DNA of 51,263 bases from a virus, in the IMG/VR virus record IMGVR_UViG_3300045988_171568; one strand, written 5' to 3'. Under the pieces are notes generated by a model. The model was not told the origin of the DNA and did not search any database. It worked only from the letters and a program-made list of their open reading frames with translations. The position numbers and the translations under genes are program-made. Below, piece by piece: positions 17,231 through 27,635 of the stretch; position 1 is the first letter of the stretch; each line of letters begins with the position of its first letter.

Positions 17231-17246
17231 ATAATATTGATAAGAC

Positions 17247-18194
17247 ATGAAATCATTTTCGTATAAAACGTTTTTCTTCCATCTCTTGCTGTTTGCTCTT
17301 GTGGTAGGCATTAGCATGTATTTCGATAATGGTATGCAGGCTGCCGGATTGTGCCTGGCTGCTACTAACATGATGTCTATCGGAGATATGAACGATGTTT
17401 CCGACCGCGACACACACGGATCTAACATTGCATATCAGATTTACCTGATCAGCCTCGAACAGGTAGACAATTCCAAGCCGTTCCCCGCTCCGAATGCTAA
17501 CCGTGAAGTCGGTCAGATTCCGATGAAATCGGGTGAATACATGAAGTATTTTGAATGTCATACGATACCTACATTTATGGGTAACGGAGAAAAAGGTGAT
17601 ATCACTACTTCAGGAACCAACCAGTTTGTAGCTGTTATGGGTGGTCAGCGCGACAAGCTGCTGTCATTCATCGAACAGTATGCCGGAGGTAAGTTTGTTA
17701 TCCTGTTCAAGGAAATCGAACAGACTCAGTGGTATATCCTGGGTTCTTACGACAGACCGATGATTCTTCAGACATTTGAGAATAAGAATGATGCCGACGG
17801 GCGGTATGCAACATTCACTTTCCAGCGTACATCTATCGACCAGTACAACAAGTATACCGGTGCTATCGTACGTGCTCCGGCTACCGAAAATACACAGGAT
17901 GCTACCGATCTGAAGATTGTTGCCGGTCAGGATCTGTATTCTATTCCAGACTGTACTTCCAGTGCAAAAACCATTGCAACTGTTTCCGGCCTTGCGGCTA
18001 ACGATAAGGGACGCTACATTACCCTGATGGGAGAAGGTGTAGAATATCCTGCCACTATCGAAGAAAACACAGTATTCGTTCTGGAAGACGGTGCTACATG
18101 GACTGCCCGTGCCGGAAGCCGTATTACATTCCGTGTAATGGATACCGACACACTGGTAGAAATTGCCGGTTCACGCGTACAGACAGTAGGATAA
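17247..18194 (+). CDS. Virion structural protein (possible major tail/tube or decoration protein with a C-terminal Ig-like region)
   Basis: 315 aa, bracketed by hairpins, which suggests high expression. The true start may be internal. Confidence 0.35.
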   Translation: MKSFSYKTFFFHLLLFALVVGISMYFDNGMQAAGLCLAATNMMSIGDMNDVSDRDTHGSNIAYQIYLISLEQVDNSKPFPAPNANREVGQIPMKSGEYMKYFECHTIPTFMGNGEKGDITTSGTNQFVAVMGGQRDKLLSFIEQYAGGKFVILFKEIEQTQWYILGSYDRPMILQTFENKNDADGRYATFTFQRTSIDQYNKYTGAIVRAPATENTQDATDLKIVAGQDLYSIPDCTSSAKTIATVSGLAANDKGRYITLMGEGVEYPATIEENTVFVLEDGATWTARAGSRITFRVMDTDTLVEIAGSRVQTVG

Positions 18195-18206
18195 TTTTCT
18201 CTCATG

Positions 18207-18236
18207 GTGAAGCATAGTTAAACAGCTATGCTTCAC
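18207..18236 (+). terminator. Stem-loop after the structural gene
   Basis: 11-bp stem GTGAAGCATAG/CTATGCTTCAC. Confidence 0.4.
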
Positions 18237-18253
18237 TAAAATACATTTACACT

Positions 18254-18682
18254 ATGAAGTATTTATTTAATGAAAAGATAACGCATTACAACCGTTTGAA
18301 GGGCGATGACAAGCATGCACAGAAAGATCTTTCCTTGCTGATGGAATTACAGCCAAAGCTGAAAATTAATCCGTCGTGGGTACGCTTTCCCGAACGGTAC
18401 GCAAAACAAATTCTTTACCTGCTTCTCGATTATGCTTCTGCCGAAGATATTCTGAAAAACAGAAACGGTAAGCAGCCGGAGAAAAAGAATGATCAGGATA
18501 AGGAACTGAAAGAAACACAAGCCGAGCTGGAAGAAACAAAAGATACTCTTGAAGATGTACAGATCGAACTGGAAGAAACCAAAGAAGCCCTTCAGGAAGC
18601 ACAGCTACAGGCGGATGAAGCCGAAGAACGTGCAAGTGAAGCGAAAGCCAGATTGGAAGCCGAGAAAAAAAAAGGCAAGTAA
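18254..18682 (+). CDS. Coiled-coil protein ending at an A9 slippery run
   Basis: 142 aa with ELEETK repeats. Ends ...EAEKKKGK, with 9 A's at 18665-18673. Confidence 0.5.
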   Translation: MKYLFNEKITHYNRLKGDDKHAQKDLSLLMELQPKLKINPSWVRFPERYAKQILYLLLDYASAEDILKNRNGKQPEKKNDQDKELKETQAELEETKDTLEDVQIELEETKEALQEAQLQADEAEERASEAKARLEAEKKKGK

Positions 18683-18780
18683 GGAAAAAACAGAAGCATG
18701 AAGAATATCCGGATATCGACTGGGATAATCTGGCAGACGAAAATGTACAGCTGGCTACTATTATATACAATGACCGTATC

Positions 18781-19179
18781 GTGTCATGGAAGCAGATGAA
18801 AGCCATTTCCGAAAAAATGGACCGTAACGAGTGTACTGCTACCGACATTTTCAGCATGGTACGTCTGCGCATACGGAATCTTCAGGCATTCAAAGAGCTA
18901 CAGTCATACAATGATACCGGCACGTTCCGTTACCAGCATCCGCTAGTTGAAGGTAAGAGTGAGCGTGCCGAACTTATTAAGATTCTGCAACAGGATCCGC
19001 AGGAGTTCTTGAAAAAACACCGTAATTGCCTTGATTCTATCCGACGCTACGAGTCTTATCTTCGCAATCCTGAACGCCAGAACCGAAAAGAAAAAGACCG
19101 GAAGCTGCTGCAAAAATACATGCTGCGCGACACGTTGTTTAAAGAAATAATCAGTAACAGCCATGAACGAAAAGAATAA
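18781..19179 (+). CDS. Hypothetical protein. Its frame is open from 18640 and has no ATG before 18796, so it may be the -1 frameshift extension of 18254-18682
   Basis: The ORF track opens it on a GTG. Its frame is -1 relative to the upstream ORF and overlaps the A9 run. Confidence 0.45.
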   Translation: MSWKQMKAISEKMDRNECTATDIFSMVRLRIRNLQAFKELQSYNDTGTFRYQHPLVEGKSERAELIKILQQDPQEFLKKHRNCLDSIRRYESYLRNPERQNRKEKDRKLLQKYMLRDTLFKEIISNSHERKE

Positions 19180-19504
19180 AATGCTTGCCGTATCTGCATC
19201 GCTAGACAACAAGTATGTGGCAAAAGTAAAGAGTTATGCCACATTGGGCTACAGTCGCGAACGCGTATGCCGGCTGCTCGGACTTACACGCCGTGAAACT
19301 ACTGTACTGCGCATCCGCCTCACTCTCCCCGGCGATGAATACTACGAAGCATACGAAGCCGGAATTGCAGCCGGTGAAATGAATATAGACTCCGAACTTG
19401 CCAAACAAGCTGAAAACGGAGATATAGATGCTATCGAATTGCTGGAAGAAAGAAAAAATGAAAGATACTTTAAAGACCTACGTAAAGAACTCTTTGGAAT
19501 ATGA
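19163..19504 (+). CDS. Small HTH protein (regulator or terminase-associated DNA-binding protein)
   Basis: 113 aa. HTH-like segment LGYSRERVCRLLGLTRRETTVLR. Confidence 0.35.
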   Translation: MNEKNKMLAVSASLDNKYVAKVKSYATLGYSRERVCRLLGLTRRETTVLRIRLTLPGDEYYEAYEAGIAAGEMNIDSELAKQAENGDIDAIELLEERKNERYFKDLRKELFGI

Positions 19505-20136
19505 CCGTTCTCGAAAGACTAGATAAAATTCATCCTGACCTGATATCCTCTTTTCTGGCAGACGGAAAAAGTGCCGGTATACCTGCCGACGTGCAGCTGT
19601 TCCTGAAACAGATACAATGGGCTGCCGAGATATTCGAATACGAACCGAATATTACACGTGCCAGCAAGAAGTTGCGTCTTCGCATCAATGCCGAGCAACA
19701 TATCGCGCTAGAGGAACGTACGTGCAAGGAAAGAATATACCAGGCTATCAATTACTTCAATGTCGACAATACGGTTTCCGAGAAAATATGGGAAAACCAT
19801 TATGCCGATAAGTTTGAATCCATCGCTCAGCTTTGCGCGGCAAAAGGAGATTTAAAGACGATGGCCATGTGCATGGAAAAAGCAAGCGAACACCGTACAC
19901 GTGCCGCACAGATTGCCGAAGCTGCTACCAACCTAGGAATTACGTTCCTGATTGATCCGTGTGTTCGTCCGGAAGATATGGGACTGGAAACCAAATCGCT
20001 CAAAGAGATTGCACGCAAGCATAATGAAGGATTCTATATTCAGCTTATCGACGGATTGCCGATTGATAAAAAAGAGAAAAAACGTCTGCTACGTGATGCT
20101 GACATACAGGATGCCGAACTTGTTAATGAAGAATAA
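19501..20136 (+). CDS. Candidate terminase small subunit
   Basis: 211 aa, immediately upstream of the large terminase. Assigned from position only. Confidence 0.35.
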   Translation: MTVLERLDKIHPDLISSFLADGKSAGIPADVQLFLKQIQWAAEIFEYEPNITRASKKLRLRINAEQHIALEERTCKERIYQAINYFNVDNTVSEKIWENHYADKFESIAQLCAAKGDLKTMAMCMEKASEHRTRAAQIAEAATNLGITFLIDPCVRPEDMGLETKSLKEIARKHNEGFYIQLIDGLPIDKKEKKRLLRDADIQDAELVNEE

Positions 20137-20137
20137 T

Positions 20138-21904
20138 ATGCAGGATAATGATATAACACAAGATAAGTTCTCTCTTGAAGTAGAACGTATATACATGAAC
20201 TCCATGCAGGTAATGGCCAACCTGATTGATCCGAACAAGCTCATCGTAGAAGCAGCCCGTGCTTCCGGTAAGACTTCCGAAGTCACAGTTAACCGTATCG
20301 TGCGTGTAGCAGATTCCATGCCCTCCGAACTTTCTTTCCTGGCACACCGCACTTATGTTGCCCTGTTGACTAATATCTGGCCTAATATTCAGGCTGCATT
20401 TTCCCGCCAGATAACAGTCAACGGGCAAACGCGGTGCATGCTGGAATATGGTATCGACTATATTGCAGGCGACGCTAAGATTCCGGATCATTTCCGACGT
20501 CCCCGCTACCCTATTTCTTATCCCAAACACAGTGTCTTGTTCCGAAACGGACACCATATTCAGCTGGTATCTTCCGATCAGCCTGATTCTGTTGCCGGCA
20601 GAAGCGGAGTACATGCGTTTGTCGAAGAAATGAAGCACAACGACGGTGAGAAGCTGAAGACACGTCTGTTCCCTTCCCTTCGTGGTTCTTCAGCCGAAAT
20701 ACGTAAGTCGCCCTATTACCAGGGATGGACGGGTGTATCGGATACTGCACGCGTAGATCTGAACGAAGACGACTGGTTCGAACGCTATGAGGACCAGAAC
20801 AACCAGCAGTTACTATCAGAGATTGCTACTGTTGCGCTTCATGTAAACAAGGCTGCTTATCAGCGCATGGAACTGCTGAACGCACAGAAGAATACAACCA
20901 ACCTGGTTACACTGGAAAAAATCAGGCTGGAAGCACAGAAGTGCGACCGTACTATTGCAAAATGGTCGGGACGTCTTGCCGACATGCGAAGAAACGCTAC
21001 CTTATACATCCGTGCCAGTTCGTTTGTCAACAAGGATATTCTGGGACCTAAATTCTTTAAAACCCAGCTTGAAACACTCGATACCGACGAGTTCCTGACG
21101 GCTATCTGTGCCGTACGTCATAAATCCGTAGTCAACAAGTTTTTCATTCACTACGAGAAAGAACGTCACCAGTTCCGCGACGGATATATCTACGAAAGCA
21201 TCATGAAGTTCGACCTTAAAGATCATTTCCGTATTACGGCCCGATATCTCACCTACTACAATAAGAACGATGAACTGTATATCGGTTACGATCCGGGACA
21301 CTTCTCCAGTCTTGTTGTAGGACAGAAAAAGAAGTACGGCCGTGAGTTCCGTATCCTGAAAGAATTTTTCTGCTACTACCCCGACGAACAGCCTGAACTG
21401 GCTCGCCAGGTATGGGAGTTCTTTGGTGCTGATGCAGTAAACAAGCGGATCGTTCTCTATCCGGATAGAGCCGGAAACAAAAAGCGTGAAGAGCTGGAAC
21501 GTATCACTACCGACAGCCGTGCTTTAAAGAGGGAACTGGAGTCGTACGGTTTTTCCGTACAGCTGATGAACGAAGGACTGGCTACCATCTACCACTGGCA
21601 GCAGTTCAAGCTGATGGCATTACTGTTCGGCGGACAAAGCAATGCACTGCCCAGCATACTTATCGACGAGAACGAATGTCCCAACCTGTGCAGTGCCATT
21701 CCGCTTTCTCCCCGACTCACTTCAAACGGCCGTATAGAACTCGACAAGAGTTCCGAGAAGAAAATTCCGCTGCATAAGCAGGCAGGTCTTACCACACAGT
21801 TGCCTTCTGCTATGATCTATCTGCTGTACGGACTTTATTCGGATGCTGCACAAAATGAATTAAACAGTATTCCTAACAATATTATAGACAATATGAGCAT
21901 ATAA
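20138..21904 (+). CDS. terL: Terminase large subunit
   Basis: About 588 aa from MQDNDITQ. Walker A-like AARASGKTSE. Contains VHAFVEEM. RNaseH-like nuclease motifs IGYDPGHFSS and YPDRAGNKK. The ORF-track start at 19952 overlaps the upstream gene. Confidence 0.75.
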   Translation: MQDNDITQDKFSLEVERIYMNSMQVMANLIDPNKLIVEAARASGKTSEVTVNRIVRVADSMPSELSFLAHRTYVALLTNIWPNIQAAFSRQITVNGQTRCMLEYGIDYIAGDAKIPDHFRRPRYPISYPKHSVLFRNGHHIQLVSSDQPDSVAGRSGVHAFVEEMKHNDGEKLKTRLFPSLRGSSAEIRKSPYYQGWTGVSDTARVDLNEDDWFERYEDQNNQQLLSEIATVALHVNKAAYQRMELLNAQKNTTNLVTLEKIRLEAQKCDRTIAKWSGRLADMRRNATLYIRASSFVNKDILGPKFFKTQLETLDTDEFLTAICAVRHKSVVNKFFIHYEKERHQFRDGYIYESIMKFDLKDHFRITARYLTYYNKNDELYIGYDPGHFSSLVVGQKKKYGREFRILKEFFCYYPDEQPELARQVWEFFGADAVNKRIVLYPDRAGNKKREELERITTDSRALKRELESYGFSVQLMNEGLATIYHWQQFKLMALLFGGQSNALPSILIDENECPNLCSAIPLSPRLTSNGRIELDKSSEKKIPLHKQAGLTTQLPSAMIYLLYGLYSDAAQNELNSIPNNIIDNMSI

Positions 21905-22147
21905 AAACAAATGTTTTTGCTTAATCTATGCTTTAAAAAATAGATTATAACATGCTGTTTGACATAATAATATATGTTACTCAGTTTTCATTCAGGCAAT
22001 AGGTTTTTCGAAAAATTTTTGAGGGATTTTTCAAGCGACGATTTTTTGCCCGCCCCGCTGGTATTTCGATGTGCGCGGCACAAACCTCAAAATCTCGGAA
22101 ATATGATTTGTCCTTTACATTAGGTAGTAATACAAGTAAATTCGTGT

Positions 22148-22486
22148 ATGAAAAGAACAGAAGAAACAGACGATTCTTTAATCATTCCGGGCACTGAAGC
22201 CATGCAGTTAGCCAGAGAGATATCCAAGTTGCCGGACGGTTACTTTACGGTAGCTTTCTACCCGTGCAGCTTGCAGAAGAACGAAGCAAGCACCAAGCTT
22301 GTAGTAAAGACCAAATGCAAATGGCGTACTCAGTTGCCGGAAGAAAAGTTCAGTGTAGACAGCGATAATCTGTTTCTCTTTACCGATGAAGAAGAGCAGC
22401 CTCGTATGTGTTATTCTATACTTATCAGATACATGGGCTTCCCACAAGACGGATATAAATTACATAAAATAGATTGGTTACAATGA
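22148..22486 (+). CDS. Hypothetical protein
   Basis: 112-aa ORF following a 243-bp non-coding gap. Confidence 0.4.
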   Translation: MKRTEETDDSLIIPGTEAMQLAREISKLPDGYFTVAFYPCSLQKNEASTKLVVKTKCKWRTQLPEEKFSVDSDNLFLFTDEEEQPRMCYSILIRYMGFPQDGYKLHKIDWLQ

Positions 22487-23973
22487 GCAGTACAAAACAA
22501 CATATTCAAATGCAGGGATGCCTGGGAGTATATGTCAACGATACTGATGTTATCTCCTTTCAGCTGGGCGATGGCAGCATGCTTGATGCTTTGCAAAGAG
22601 ATCGTTATGTTTATCTCGATCCGGTAGCTACCGAAGGACTGGTCAGATGGATGACTGTTAAAGGATATAACATTGCTTCTCGCGGATGGAATAACCTCAA
22701 ATGCGAAGAAGTAGCCAGCGATATCAAGCATAACCGATTGCTTCCGCGTCTGATCACCAAGCAGGTTAACATGCTGTATGGAATGGGACCGGCTGTATAC
22801 CGTATAGGCTTAGTCGACGGTAAGGTAAAAAGAAGCTGGGAAGAAGTTCCCCGTATACAGGAATGGCTGGAAAGCTGGGAAGACAACGGTATGGAGCAGG
22901 GATATCGTGCGTTTGCCAAACAGAACATAAAGAACTACTACTATTTCCGCGATTTTTTTGTAAAGTGGCGCATGTCTGCCGGTAAGGGCATATTACGCAA
23001 TACGCTGCCGGTTGCAGGACTTGAAGCCATGGAAAATAAAGACTGCCGTCTGGCTACCACGCTGACAGACGTGGCTTTCAATATGGTTTATTACAAAGAC
23101 TTTACGGCTATTGCCGTAGGTAAGTTTGCTTACGGCATTAGCCCGTCTTTCCGTATTTACCCCAAATTCCGTGTACAGGATATCAACCAGTACCGTTTTG
23201 CGGCTATTTCTCACCATCGAGAAAAAAGCATTGATAACTTCTATGGCGAAAACGAAACGCACGAAGGTACTAAGGCTTATATCAAAGGATCCAACGAAAA
23301 TGCTGTGTACATCAACTGCTTTTTGCGAAACTCTCTTGCTGCCAAGATTCATATTGTTATCCCGAATGCATGGGTTGCATCAAAACAAGTTCAGATAACC
23401 AACCTGTGCAACGAAAACAAAGAACGCCAGGCAAAGGGAGAAGCATTATTACTGTATAACGGCATAGAAATCGGTACAGAATATAAGGAGTCAACACTTA
23501 TTCAATACATCAAGTACGAACTTAACAAACTGTCCGAATATCTTTCCGGATCAGGAAATCAGGGTAAGGCATACGCTACTTTCAGCTTTAAAGATTCCAG
23601 CGGAGAAGAAACACGCTGGAAAATTGAAACAGTCGATTTGAAGTACAAAGAATACATTGATGCCATTATCTCGTACGACAAGCGTGCTGATGAAGTGCTG
23701 CTTTCTTCGGTCGGACTAGACAGCAGTATATCTTCCGTGTCGAAGGAAGGCGTTATCAGCAAGTCGGGAGCCGATGCCTACTACAACTATCTTATATATC
23801 TGTTACAGCTTGCTCCCGAAGATGAAATTGTTTGCGAGCCGTTTAACCAGGCAATAAGAGTCAACTTCCCCGATCTGTATGCACAAGGATACAGAATAGG
23901 ATTTTACAGAGAAATTCCGGCACGCCAGGAAGACGTGTCACCTTCAAACCGTTTAAATGCACAACAGTCATGA
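22483..23973 (+). CDS. Candidate portal protein
   Basis: About 496 aa from MSSTKQH, with an ATGA overlap. Size and position downstream of terL. No motif proof. Confidence 0.45.
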   Translation: MSSTKQHIQMQGCLGVYVNDTDVISFQLGDGSMLDALQRDRYVYLDPVATEGLVRWMTVKGYNIASRGWNNLKCEEVASDIKHNRLLPRLITKQVNMLYGMGPAVYRIGLVDGKVKRSWEEVPRIQEWLESWEDNGMEQGYRAFAKQNIKNYYYFRDFFVKWRMSAGKGILRNTLPVAGLEAMENKDCRLATTLTDVAFNMVYYKDFTAIAVGKFAYGISPSFRIYPKFRVQDINQYRFAAISHHREKSIDNFYGENETHEGTKAYIKGSNENAVYINCFLRNSLAAKIHIVIPNAWVASKQVQITNLCNENKERQAKGEALLLYNGIEIGTEYKESTLIQYIKYELNKLSEYLSGSGNQGKAYATFSFKDSSGEETRWKIETVDLKYKEYIDAIISYDKRADEVLLSSVGLDSSISSVSKEGVISKSGADAYYNYLIYLLQLAPEDEIVCEPFNQAIRVNFPDLYAQGYRIGFYREIPARQEDVSPSNRLNAQQS

Positions 23974-24818
23974 GTATATTAGAAGAATTGTTTACCGATG
24001 TAGCTAAGTTCAGGGAATATTCTCCCTATACTGAGTCTAACGTAACTTTTGAAGAGCTTGCATCAAGCGGAATGAGTGCTGTTAAGCAAGTAAAGTCACT
24101 TCTTACTCCCGACATATACAATACTATTATTTCGTCGGATGATGCAAAAAAAGAAGCATTACGAAGTGCGGTTGCCAATTTGACTCTGGCAAAACAGCTT
24201 GTTTTTAATATTCTTTCTCTTCGTAAGTCCGAAGTAGATGTATATAAGAACGAGCAGGAACAGATGCGGCGTGCTTACCGCGACAATTACTTCAACTCTA
24301 TGGATTCGTTGCTTCAGCTGCTCGATAATGATGAAGCATGGAAGAAAACACCGATGTACAGCGTTATGCAGTCGTTGAAGATAAAGAGTGCAGCCGAGTT
24401 TGATGCAGTATATCCTATTGATAACTCATACATGTATTTTTTCCGCTGCATTCCTTTGCAGCAGGAAGCCCTGGACGATTATGTAGGAAGTTATTACGAC
24501 AGGCTGGAAGACAACGATAAAACAACCCGTAGAAAGCTCGACAGATGTCTTGCCAAGTTTACCGTTGCTCTTTCTTTGCGCCGGTTTGATATTCTGGAAT
24601 TTCCGGTTACCATAAGAAATCTGTTTGAGGAAACTACAGCCAGCCGAAACGGTACACAGGAACAGGAAAGAATGCTAGACCTTTCAAACGAGCTTATGTC
24701 ACAGGCACAAGAGTCGTTGAAAAGCATTGATCTTATTCTTTCTTCCGACAAGGATACCAATATTGTTACCCAGACATCTTTTAATCAACCCGAAGATAAA
24801 ATATACCTGATGGGATGA
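23970..24818 (+). CDS. Hypothetical virion-associated protein
   Basis: 282-aa ORF, translationally coupled. Confidence 0.4.
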   Translation: MSILEELFTDVAKFREYSPYTESNVTFEELASSGMSAVKQVKSLLTPDIYNTIISSDDAKKEALRSAVANLTLAKQLVFNILSLRKSEVDVYKNEQEQMRRAYRDNYFNSMDSLLQLLDNDEAWKKTPMYSVMQSLKIKSAAEFDAVYPIDNSYMYFFRCIPLQQEALDDYVGSYYDRLEDNDKTTRRKLDRCLAKFTVALSLRRFDILEFPVTIRNLFEETTASRNGTQEQERMLDLSNELMSQAQESLKSIDLILSSDKDTNIVTQTSFNQPEDKIYLMG

Positions 24819-25786
24819 AAGCAGTTGAGTTTATATATCAAGGAGAGCAGTATGCTATCCCTAACGACTGGGAAAGTCTGAACACCTATCAGTTTACCGA
24901 ACTGGTAAGCGACCTCTTAAGTATGTCTATCGGTAAGTTATCTCCCGGATCTGTACGTGTAAGATATGTATGCCGCTACATGGGGTGGAATATCGACAAG
25001 ATAACAGAAGACAGTATGGCTAACGTGATATATCTTGCCGAACAGATTACATTCCCGTTTGTGATTGTTTATCCCAATAACGACGAAGCCTTGTCCGAAC
25101 TGGACCAGAACACATACCGCCTTTGCAAGCGAATTAATCCGGAAAGACTTACCGGCGTGACCATAGCAAGGTATCTGGCTCGCCTGAACTACCGGTATGC
25201 AATCGACTTGTGCTTCTGCAAACAATTTATTGAAGCTGTTTTTCTTCCAGGAAAAAGAAAGCCATTTACGGGATATACTATCGACACTAAGTATCACATG
25301 CTGACTAGCGACCTTACCGCCCAGCAGTTCATAGAAGCCCGCGAACTGGTAGACTGTACCGATGAACGTCTTCCGCTTCTGGCTGCCATACTTTATTCTC
25401 CCAGACCGTACGACAGCAATGCCGCACACCGTCTTTCTTCTGAGTTTGAAAAGCTCGATAGAAATACGCTGGAAGCTATACGCTTTAACTTTAAAGGATT
25501 TGTCAACTATCTGTTTACCCGTACCGAATTTAAACTGTTGACGGCTGCACGTCCAGGAAAAGAAAACGCTATCAGCACCGGAGCACAGGAAACATTATAC
25601 TCGCTCAGTTCTGAAGGATATGGCAGCCTGAACGAAGTCATGCAGATGAACGTTATCCAGTACCTTTCCATACTGCGCAAAAAAATAATAGAGTCTGTCA
25701 AGAGCCTGCATACAGCAAAAATGGACGTTGCCCAGATAGCCAATACTACCGGATTGCCAATAAACATTATTACTCAGATACTATGA
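24815..25786 (+). CDS. Hypothetical virion-associated protein
   Basis: 323-aa ORF, coupled. Confidence 0.4.
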   Translation: MKAVEFIYQGEQYAIPNDWESLNTYQFTELVSDLLSMSIGKLSPGSVRVRYVCRYMGWNIDKITEDSMANVIYLAEQITFPFVIVYPNNDEALSELDQNTYRLCKRINPERLTGVTIARYLARLNYRYAIDLCFCKQFIEAVFLPGKRKPFTGYTIDTKYHMLTSDLTAQQFIEARELVDCTDERLPLLAAILYSPRPYDSNAAHRLSSEFEKLDRNTLEAIRFNFKGFVNYLFTRTEFKLLTAARPGKENAISTGAQETLYSLSSEGYGSLNEVMQMNVIQYLSILRKKIIESVKSLHTAKMDVAQIANTTGLPINIITQIL

Positions 25787-26340
25787 TACTAGAATATTTA
25801 AAATATTTTGCTCAGTTCCCTTCCAAAAAGGCCGTTAATGATTTGTTTTCAAACGGACGGTCCAAATTGCCGGAATATGCCGAGCTTAAAAAACAGATTA
25901 AAGAACTTCCGGATTCTGTTATACCCGATATTACAGGATATGTTTTCGGACAACGCTTCGAAGACGTAAAGAAAAGAGTAGACAGTCTTACCGGAACATA
26001 CTTGTTCTGCGATTTTGGCGAGATATCCAGTTCGCAGAATAATATAGGCAGCATTACCGATTCTCATGTGCGCGCTGTAACTGTTGCCGCTAAGATACCC
26101 GACTCTTCCGATATGGTAGAAGTTGCCATATACAGTAACCGCACACTTTACATGTTGAATCTTATCCGTGCGCACATGATTAAGGATGCACGTACTCATT
26201 CCTGGCTTAAGCCTATTACCGAAAGACAGACAATAGTTCCTTTTGTCGCTCCCGAACTACAGTCATTAGGCTGGACCATGAAGTTTACTGCATCCGCTTC
26301 CGACTGGCTGAATGTAAAAAACCTTATAAGTACAATTTAA
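25783..26340 (+). CDS. Hypothetical virion-associated protein
   Basis: 185-aa ORF, coupled. Confidence 0.4.
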   Translation: MILEYLKYFAQFPSKKAVNDLFSNGRSKLPEYAELKKQIKELPDSVIPDITGYVFGQRFEDVKKRVDSLTGTYLFCDFGEISSSQNNIGSITDSHVRAVTVAAKIPDSSDMVEVAIYSNRTLYMLNLIRAHMIKDARTHSWLKPITERQTIVPFVAPELQSLGWTMKFTASASDWLNVKNLISTI

Positions 26341-26351
26341 ATTGAAAAAAA

Positions 26352-26954
26352 ATGAATGAAATTGAACAAGTCACCCAAGTTGCAAAGGGAATTAGCGAGT
26401 TTGGCATTCTCGTAATGATTGCGGCTTTCTTCTTACTCCTGTCGGCTGGAGTAATGATCTGGAACATGCGTAGCTACAAGTCTATTATCGAGCAAATCAT
26501 GTCCGATTTTTCTGATAAGCTTAATCTGATCCAGGAAACGGCAAATAAAAATGCTCAGACCATGATAGATATTGCTGAAGGATTGATTCCGGAAACTCAG
26601 CTTCGCATTAAGAATATTTCCGGAGTGTTTTTCGATCTCTCTGTCGAACGTGTTTGCCGGATAATTAAAAGAGTCCGTCAGGAAAACCATATTGTCGACA
26701 AAGAGGCTACACGCACCAAAATACGCACATTGCTTACTAACCTTTTCGAAGACCGTAACAGCAAGCTTGATACATTTACCTATCGCGGGAAAAAGCTGTC
26801 AGAGTATTCGAATTTGGATTGGATCGAATGGGTTGCTCAGGTAGTTGAAAACGAAATATACAACGAAGCCGGAGAAAATAACGGACGCGCTTATTCCAAT
26901 GTGTGTATGGTATACGAGAAAATAAAACTTGATTTTTATCACCGTTTAAACTGA
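26352..26954 (+). CDS. N-terminally membrane-anchored protein (possible lysis regulator)
   Basis: 200 aa. One TM, FGILVMIAAFFLLLSAGVMIW. Sits directly before the holin. Confidence 0.4.
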   Translation: MNEIEQVTQVAKGISEFGILVMIAAFFLLLSAGVMIWNMRSYKSIIEQIMSDFSDKLNLIQETANKNAQTMIDIAEGLIPETQLRIKNISGVFFDLSVERVCRIIKRVRQENHIVDKEATRTKIRTLLTNLFEDRNSKLDTFTYRGKKLSEYSNLDWIEWVAQVVENEIYNEAGENNGRAYSNVCMVYEKIKLDFYHRLN

Positions 26955-26962
26955 TTTGCCCT

Positions 26963-27151
26963 ATGAAAAAGAAATGGATCATTTTACTTATAGTGATAGC
27001 TGTTATTGTTGCTGTCATGGTATACAACCACTATGTACCGTTGTGGTTTAATCTTACCAGCCTTGTATTTATCGGAACAGGTATCGTGCTCGATCGCTTG
27101 ATTATCTGGTTGTACAACTCTTATATCAAGAAAGGAGATACAGATGAATAA
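26963..27151 (+). CDS. Holin (two-TM, class II-like)
   Basis: 62 aa. Two hydrophobic helices and a charged C-terminus KKGDTDE. Overlaps the endolysin start. Confidence 0.6.
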   Translation: MKKKWIILLIVIAVIVAVMVYNHYVPLWFNLTSLVFIGTGIVLDRLIIWLYNSYIKKGDTDE

Positions 27152-27635
27152 AATAGACGCTATTGTTATCCATTGCTCGTCTACACGTGCCGGGCAGGAT
27201 ATCGGGAAAAAAGAAATTACCCAGATGCACCTTCAGCGCGGATTTACCACTATTGGCTACAATTACGTAATCAGGCTGGACGGTACGGTAGAAGTAGGCC
27301 GAAGCCTGACTATCGACGGTGCACACTGCAACTCGAAAGGCTTTTCCGGTGTTAGCTATAACAAGCATAGTATCGGTATCTGCTATGTAGGCGGACTCGA
27401 TGCAGACGGAAATGCTGCCGATACCAGAACACCGGCACAAAAAGAAGCTTTAGCAAAGCTGATTAAAGAACTCTGTTCAAAATATCAGATTGTTGAAGTG
27501 CTGGGACATCGCGATACATCGCCCGATCTGGACGGCGACGGAATTGTAGAATCTCACGAATGGACTAAGATGTGTCCGTGCTTTGATGTACGTGCAGAAT
27601 ATCCCTTTATTCCGGAAATCGTTGTGAAGCCATGA
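27144..27635 (+). CDS. Endolysin, N-acetylmuramoyl-L-alanine amidase (Amidase_2/PGRP fold)
   Basis: 163 aa. Contains IVIHCSST, GYNYVI..DG, GAHC and GHRDTSPD...CPCFD, a T7-lysozyme-like zinc ligand pattern. Confidence 0.85.
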   Translation: MNKIDAIVIHCSSTRAGQDIGKKEITQMHLQRGFTTIGYNYVIRLDGTVEVGRSLTIDGAHCNSKGFSGVSYNKHSIGICYVGGLDADGNAADTRTPAQKEALAKLIKELCSKYQIVEVLGHRDTSPDLDGDGIVESHEWTKMCPCFDVRAEYPFIPEIVVKP

